This document shows positions 55,820 through 64,000 of a stretch of DNA of 64,000 nt, piece by piece (the first letter of the stretch is position 1; each line of letters opens with the position of its first letter). A program made the translations under genes and the position numbers. The stretch comes from the human T2T-CHM13v2.0 reference genome, Homo sapiens: assembly GCF_009914755.1 (NCBI RefSeq), contig NC_060925.1. One strand, given 5' to 3'. The notes under the pieces are model-generated. The model made no database searches. It had not been told where the DNA came from and saw only the letters and a program-made list of their open reading frames with translations.

Positions 55820-58800
55820 TGATGCTGGGCATCTTTACATGTGCTTAGTAGCCATTTGTATAACTTCTTTGGAGAAATGTCCAAGTTCTTTGTTCATTTT
55901 CAAATTAGGTTTTTTTTTGTTGTTGATTTTTAGGAGTTTTCTGTATAGTTTGTATATGAACCCCTTATTATATATATGATTTGCAAATGTTTACTTCGGT
56001 TTTATGAGTCTCCTTTTTACTTTTGATGCACAAAGTTTTAAATTTTCATGAAGTCCAATTTGTCGTGTTTTGGTTGCCTGTACCTTTGATGTCATGTCTA
56101 AGAAATCAATGCCAAATCCATTGTCGAGAAGATTTTGCCCTGTGTCGTCTTCTCTAAAGTTTCATAATTTTAAGAGTTACATGTAGGTCATAGATCCTTT
56201 TTGAATTAATTTTTAATAGGGTGTTAATTAAGGGTCCAATGTCATTCTTTTGCATGCAGATATTCAGTTTTCCCAGCTTCATTTGTTGAAAAAACTGTCT
56301 TTTCCCTATTGAATGGTCTTTGCACTGTTGTCAAAAATTATTTGAGCACATATGCCTAAGTGTTTATTTCTTGGCTCTCTATTCTATTCCACTGGTGTAT
56401 ATTTCCGTCTTTATGTTAGTAGCACACTGTTTTAATCACTCTTGTTTTGCAGTAAGTTTTGAAATCAAGAAGTGAGTCCTCCTGCTTTGTTCTTCTTTTT
56501 CAGAATTGTTTTGGCTATTTGGGGTCCCTTGAGATTCCATGTGAATTTTAGTATGGGTTTTTCTACTTCTGCAAATTCATCATTGGGATTTTGGTAGGGA
56601 TTGCACTGAATCTGTAAATTGTTTTGGGTAGTATAGACATCTTAACAATATTAAGTCTTCCAGCCCATGAACGTGGGACATCTTTCCATTTATTTATGTT
56701 TTCTTTAATTTGTTTCAGAAATGTGTTATAGTTTTCATTGCATAAGTCTTTTACCTTCTTGGTTAGGTTAATTCCTAAGTGCTTTATTCTTTTGATGCTT
56801 TAATGGCATTGTTTCCTTAATTTCCTTTTCGGATTAATTATTGTTAGCATATAGGTATAGAAATGCAACTGATTTTTTTGTGTTGACTTTGCATCTTGCC
56901 ACTTTGCTGAATTTGTTTATTCTAACATTTTGTGTGTGTGTGTGGGGGGTGGGTCTTTAGGATTTTCTAAATATAAAGTCATATCATCTGAAAAAGGGAT
57001 AATTTTACTTCTTGCTTTCCAAATTGGATGGCTTTTATTTCTTTTTCTAACCTAATTGCTCTGATTAGAACTTCCAGTACTACGTTGAATGAAGTGATGA
57101 AAGTGGGCATACTTGCCTATTTCTAATCTTAGAGAAAAAAGCTCTTAGTCTTTCACTATTGTGTATGATGTTCATTGTAGGTTTTTCACATACGATTTTT
57201 ATCATATTGAGGATAGTTTTCTTGTATTCCTAGTTTGTTGAGTGCTTTTATCATGAAAGGTTGTTGACTTTTGTCAAATGCTTTTACTGCATCAATTGCG
57301 ATGTTTGTGTTTTTTGCCATCATTCTGTTAATGTTATGTATTACACTGATTGATTTTTTAAAATGTTGAACCCTCCTTGTATTCCAGGAATAAATATCAC
57401 TTGAGGATGGTGTATAACCTTTTTAACCTAATAAATTCAGTTTGCTATCATTTTTTTGGAGGATTCTTGTATTAGTGTTCATGAGAGACATTGGTCTGTA
57501 ATTTTCTTTTCTTGTAGTGTCTTTGTATGGCTTTGGTATTGGGCCTCATAGGCCTCATAGGGTATATACTGGCCTCATAGGATGAATCAAATTTTAAAAG
57601 TTTATTTGGAAATGTTTGAGAAGTAGTGGGGTTAGTTTTTAAATCATAGAATTTAGCAGTGAAGCTATCAGATCCTGGGCTTTTCTTTTTTTTTTTTTAA
57701 TTGGGAGATTCTTGATTACTGATTCAACCTCCTCATTAGTTATAGACTATTCAGATTTTCTATTTCTTCATAATTTAGTCTTGGTAGGTTTTGTGTTTCT
57801 AGGAATTTTCTATTTCATCCAGGGTAACCAATTTGTTGGCATATAGTGTATTGTACTCTCTTATAATCCTTTTTATATCCATAGAATCAGTAGTTATGTC
57901 CCCACTTTCATTTCTGATGTTAGTAATTTGACTCGTTTCTTTCTTTTTTCTTAGTCCATCCACCTAAAGGTTTGCCGATTTTGTTGATCTTTTTGAGGAA
58001 CTAACTTATGATTTAGTTGTTTTTCTCTATTATATTTCTTTTCTCATTTCATCTATATCTGTTCTAATCTTTATTTTTTCTGCCTGCTAGTTTTGGATTT
58101 AATTTGCTCTTTTTTTTTAGTTCCTTAAGTTGTAAAGTTAGGTTGCTGATTTGAGATCTTTATTCTTTTTTTTGTTGTTTTTAAATGTAAGCATTTATCT
58201 CTGTAAACTTCTCTCTTAGTACAGCTTTTTGCCATATCTCGTAAGTTTTGGTATCTTGTACTTTTGATTTCATTTGTCTAAAGATATTTTCTAATTTTTC
58301 TTATTTTTTCTTTGACCCATAGTTTTTCAAGAGTGTGTTATTTAATTTCTACCCATTTATGAACTTTCCAGTTTTAATTTTGTCATTGATTTCCGGTTTC
58401 ATCCACTGTGGTAAGAAAAGATACTTGGCATGATTTCAGTCTTTTAAAATTTATTAAGACTTGTTTTGTGACCTAGAGTATGATCTTTTCTGGAGAATGT
58501 CCTCTGTGTTACTGAGAAGAGTGTGTATTTTTTTCCTGTTGTATAGTATATTCTGTATATGCCTGTTAGATCTAGATGGTTTATGGTGTTCAAATTCTCT
58601 GTTTCCTTACTTATCTTCTGTTTGGTTATTCTATTCATTATTCAGTTTGGGGTATTGAATTCTTCAACTAATATTGTAGAACTAACTATTTCTCCCTTCT
58701 ATTCTTCCAATTTTTGCTTTATATGTTTTGATGGCCTGTTATATGCAAAAAATATTTGTAATTATTGTATCTTCTTGATGTATTGAAACTTTTATCATTA

Positions 58801-59060
58801 TATAATGTCCTTTATCTCATTTTTTTTTTTTTAGTTTAAAGTCTGTTTTATCTCATATTAGTATAGCTATCAGTGGTCTCTTTTGGTTACCATTTGCATG
58901 GAATTTTTTTTCATTCTTTTACTTTCAATGTATTTGTGTCTTTGGCTCTTAAGTGAGTTTCTTATAAACAGCAGATAGTTGGACCATTTTCTCATTTTTC
59001 TGCTAATCTCTATCTTTTGGTTGGAGAGTTTAATCCACTTAGGTTTAAAGTAATTAGTGA
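55820..59060 (-). mobile_element. Antisense L1M ORF2
   Basis: Minus ORF 58444-58638 KQKISKETENLN...DHTLGHKTSLNKF (endonuclease region). Confidence 0.85.
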
Positions 59061-59084
59061 TGCATCAGAGGGAAAGTGGTGGAT

Positions 59085-59328
59085 AGTGGTGTGACCTCGA
59101 CTCACTGCAACCTCCACCTCGCGGGTTCAAGTGATTCTCCTGCCTCTGCCTCCTGAGTAGCTGGGATGACAGGCGTGTGCCACCACACCAGGTAATTTTT
59201 GTATTTTTAGTAGAGACAGGGTTTCACAATGTTGGCCAGGCTGGTCTTGCACTCCTTACCTCAAGTGATCTGCCTGCTTCAGCCTCCCAAAGTGCTAGGA
59301 TTATAGGGGTGAGCCACCACGCCTGGCC
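59085..59328 (-). mobile_element. Tail-less partial AluS
   Basis: Antisense; the 3'-terminal about 45 nt and poly-A are absent. Confidence 0.85.
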
Positions 59329-60201
59329 TTTCATTTATTTCTGCTTTGATTTTTAATATTTCTTTTTTTTTCTTTGCTAACTTTTCATTTAGTTTGTTCT
59401 TTTTCTAGTTCCTTTAGGTGTAACATTAGGTTAATTATTTGAGATGTTTCTTCTTTTTTTATCTAGGGATTTATTGCTGTAAATTTCACTTTTAGAACTG
59501 CTTTTGCTGTATCCCACAAGTTTTGGTATGTTGTATTTCCATTTTAGTTTGTTTCAAGATATTTTTAAAATTTTCCTTTTAATTTCTTCATTGACTCGTT
59601 TGTTGTTTAGGGCCTGTTCAGTTTCTATGGATCTGTGAATTTTCCAAAATTCCTGTTGCTATTTATTTCTGGTTTAATGGCATTTTGGTCAGAAGAGATT
59701 TGATACTATTTCAGTCTTCTTACATTTGCTGAGGCTTGTTTTGTGCCCTAACATGATCTGTCTTGGAAAATGTTCTGTGTGCCCTTGAGAAGTATGTGTA
59801 TTCTGTTTCTGTTGGATGAAAGGTTTCATATTTGTCTGTTAGGTTCATTTGGTTGAAAATGTTGGTCAAGTCCAATCTTTCCTTACTAATTTTCTTTCTA
59901 GATTAGATATCCATTGTTGAAACTGGGGTATTGAAGCTCCTGAGTATTATCATATTGCAATATCTCTCCCTCCAGATCCTATAATTTATAAATCATGGTC
60001 TAGTGTTGGGTGAGTACATATTTATAGCTGTTCTGTTCTCTTGATGAATTGAGTCCTGTGTCATTATATAATGTGTTACTTTGTCTCTTTTTACAATTTT
60101 TGACTTAAAATCTATTTTGTCTTAAATAAGTTTAGCTATCCCTGCTCTCTTGTTTTCCAAAATAGTTTCAATTATATGTGTCCTTAAAAGTAAGAAGAGT
60201 C

Positions 60202-60554
<353 letters not shown>

Positions 60555-61624
60555 TTAAAAAAAACAGGACGTTTAAAATCCATTTATCACTCTATATCTT
60601 TCTATTCAGTTATTTAATACATTTACATTCGAGGTAATTTTTGATAGGTAAGGACTTAATACTACCATTTTGTGAATTGTTTTCTGCTTGTTTTGTAGTT
60701 ACTTTGTTTCTCTCTCCTTCTCTTGCTATCTTCCTTTATTGTTTGATATTTTTCTGTAGTGGAATGCTTTGAATGCTTTCTATTTTTGTTTTGTCCTTCT
60801 GCTAAAGATTTTTGATTTGTGGTTACCATGAGGCCTACATAGAGCATCTTATACTTGTAATAGCCTATTTCAAGCTGATAACAACTCAACTTTGTACATA
60901 GCAAAGTACTTTTATGGCCCCTTCCCCATATTTTATGCTTTTGATGTCAGAATTTATGTCATTTTATAATGTGTTTCTTTCGACAATTTATTTTAGCTAC
61001 AGTTATTAATAGTTTTCTTTTAACCCTTGCACCAGGGATAAAATTGCTTTGTCACCATTACATTCCCAGAATATTCTAAATATGTATCTGTGTTACTTAC
61101 ACCATTTAGCTTAGTGCTTTCATTTGTTTCGTGTCATTAATTACCAGCCTTTTGTTTCAGCTTAAATAACTCCCTTTAGCAATCCTTGCAAAGCAGGTCT
61201 CATGATAATGAACTCCCTTAGCTTTTTTCTGGGAAAGTTTTTATGCCTCATTTCTGAATGACAGTTTTGCAGATAAAGTATTCTTGGTTGGCAGTTTTTT
61301 TTTCTTTAGCACTTTGAATGTATCATCTCACTGTCTCCTGGCCTATAGGGTTTCTGCTGAGAAATCTACTGATAGTTGTATTGGCACTCCTTTTTACGTG
61401 ATATGTTTCTTATCTTTTGCTGCTCTCAGAATTTTTTGTCTTTGATTTTTGGTGGTTTGATTACTATGTGTCTTGGTGAACTCTTCTTTGAGTTGAATTT
61501 GATTGAACATCTCTGTGTTTCCTATATCTGGATGTTGGCATCTATCCCCAATTAGGGAAGTCTTTAGCCAATGTATCTTTAAATACATAATTCTTGCCCT
61601 TTATCCTATTATGCAAAGGTTTGA

Positions 61625-61928
61625 TTTTTTTTTTTTTTTTTTTTTTTGAGACAGAGTCTCGCTGTGTCGCCCATACTGGAGTGCAGTGGTGCGATCTTGG
61701 CTCACTGCAAACTCTGCCTCTGGGTTCACACCATTCTCCTGCCTCAGCCTCCCAAGTAGCTGGGACTACAGGCACCCACCACCATGCCCAACTAATTTTT
61801 TAGTATTTTTAGTAGAGACAGGGTTTTACCGTGGTAGCCAGGATGGTCTCAATCTCCTGACCTCGTGATCCACCCGCCTTGGCCTCCCAAAGTGCTGGGA
61901 TTACAGGTGTGAGCCACCACACCTGGCC
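61625..61928 (-). mobile_element. AluY/Sc
   Basis: Antisense dimer, TSD aggtttgat. Confidence 0.9.
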
Positions 61929-63821
61929 AGGTTTGATCTTTTGATGGTATCCCATAGTTCCTGTAGGTTTTCTTCATTCTTTTTCAGTCTTTTGTCTTTT
62001 TGTTCCTCTGACTGGATAATTTCAAATTTTCTATTTTTTGGCCCATTGATTCTATCAGAAGAAAGATAGAATCTGTGGTTAATAATTTTTACCGAATTTT
62101 TCAGTCCAGTCATTGTATTCTTCATCTCTAGGATTTCTACTTGATTCTTTTTAATGTTTTTATTTCATCGTTGAGCTTCTCACTTTGTGTATTGTTTTGC
62201 CAAATTTCATTAAATGTTATATTTGTATACTTTTATGTTGATCTTTTAGAGGATTATTTTGAATTCTTTGTCAGTAATTTCATAGATCTCCTTTTCTTTG
62301 GGGTCTATCATTGGCACTTTATTACTTTCTTTTGGAGGTGTTATGATTCCTTGATTTTCTGTAATCCTTGTGTTCTTGTATTGTTATCTGCATATTTGCA
62401 AGGCAGCCTCTCTTCTGTCCTTTAAAGTTGTTTTGAGGCAGGGATAAATCTTCACTATTTAGTCCAGCCTGTGATTCTGGAAGGACCAGCTGGTGATGAC
62501 CCCTGGCAGGCAGAACTTGTTGTGGGTTCTCTAGTTGGCTGAGATGCTGCCTTTGCTCTGATGTCATCTGATATCAACATCTGGTATCAGATACTGGCTG
62601 GGCTGCACTATCTGATGAGACCACTGGCTGGGCTCTGCTATCAGGCAGTACTGTGATGGCTTCTGGTCAGGCCAGTCACAGTGTATTTTTTTAATGAACA
62701 ATTTCACTATTTGGGTTCTTTAGTTGGGCAGGACCATAAGCTGGGCTCTGAGTTTAAGCAGAGTTGCTGCTCGTGATAGGTGGGACTAGGGGCAATGCTC
62801 CTTAGAAATGCATGATTGAGGATTATTTCCCTTTAAGGGTGAATCCATGGGATGGGCTTTTGGTAGGGTATGGCTGCTGCTTGACTTACGTAGTCAAGCT
62901 GGTCGTGTCCCTTTGCTTCTTTGAAATGGGTAGAGGTAGGCATCTCCCTGCCTGGTTGGGGTCACTGGGAGCCTCTGAGGCTGGGCAGAAAGACTAGCTG
63001 TCTTGGGACCCAAGCTAGTTCCTAATTTGTATAGATTTAACCATTAAAGATTAAATATAGCAATACCATCACTAACCTTTACCTGGCAAACATACATAGA
63101 ATATTGCACTCAAAAACTGAAGAATATGTGTTTCCTAAAGCACACATAGGGCGTTTATAAGAATTGCCCATACATTGGGTCATAAAGGAAATGCAAAAGA
63201 TTTTAATAAAGAACTGGAATCATACAGAATATGTTCTGTATTCATAAGTAATTAAACAAGAAATAAGCTTTCTTAAAATTAAAAAAAGCTTTTTTAAAAA
63301 AAGAAATAACAGGACAAGTTTGATAAAAACTTGGGAGTGTTGTCAATCTATGGATTTTTTCATTGATATGACAAGTGATATTTTATAAGCCTTTACTCAC
63401 AAACTTATATGTTGCTATACTGTTTTTGGAAAATTGGAAATACCCTGCTGAATCATACTCTAAGATAAATTATGAATTCCTGATCTCAATGATTTATTCA
63501 AAATTTATTTATAGAACTTTTATAAATGTCAGTCATAGCTCCAGCTACAAAAGATGCAGTTGTGAACAAGCCAAAGTCCCCACTTGAGGGTTTCAGGCTA
63601 GTAGATAATTCCAGATGATTACAATGTAGTGTCATAAGGCAAAGCAGATTGAAGCGGTGCACATTGCCCACAGGTGAATTTTGTAGGGAATATTTAGTTT
63701 ACCTGAAAATGTCTTTATATCACCTTCATTTTTGAAGGTTATTTTTATTGCAATTGCATTCTAGGTTGACAGTTTTTTTTCTTTCAGCACTTTGAAGTTA
63801 TCACTAAAGATGTCTACTATC

Positions 63822-64000
63822 GGCCAGGCGCAGAGGCTCATGCCTGTAATCCCAGCACTTTGGGAGGCCGAGGCAGGTGGATTACCTGAGGTCAAGAGTT
63901 CAAAACCAGCCTGGCCAACATGGTGAAACCCTGTCTCTACTAAAAATACAAAAATTAGCTGGGTGTGGTGGCGGGTGCCTGTAATCTCAGCTACTCAGGA
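63822..64000 (+). mobile_element. AluS (cut by window end)
   Basis: ggccaggcgcagaggctcatgcctgtaatcccagc... Confidence 0.9.

Overview
Primate genomic DNA, almost certainly human chr1p13.3. The left half holds a complete, intact NBPF (Olduvai/DUF1220) gene on the minus strand. I reconstructed 14 GT-AG coding exons between 25250 and 5349; they total 1917 nt = 638 aa + stop with no frameshift. The C-terminus ...[18 protein letters not shown] matches my recollection of NBPF4 rather than NBPF6. About 29 kb upstream, divergently on the plus strand, is a CpG island and an intact first coding exon (EF-hand 1) of an SLC25A24/SCaMC-1 paralog, most likely SLC25A24P1 (SCaMC-1-like). The rest is a dense mosaic of L1, Alu, L2, MIR, MER and LTR remnants. 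Most notable observations: (1) an in-frame upstream splice acceptor that would restore a fourth full-length Olduvai large exon in NBPF4; (2) the undamaged promoter and exon 1 of the SCaMC-1L 'pseudogene'; (3) a 222-bp non-Alu inverted repeat upstream of NBPF4; (4) a very young AluYa4/Ya5-type insertion; (5) nested, twin-primed and 3'-truncated L1s plus a local templated insertion, suggesting rearrangement junctions; (6) a relic reverse-transcriptase motif of an ancient LINE. I see no evidence for a wholly new multi-gene system. Gene and repeat-family names rest on recognition from memory, not database searches.
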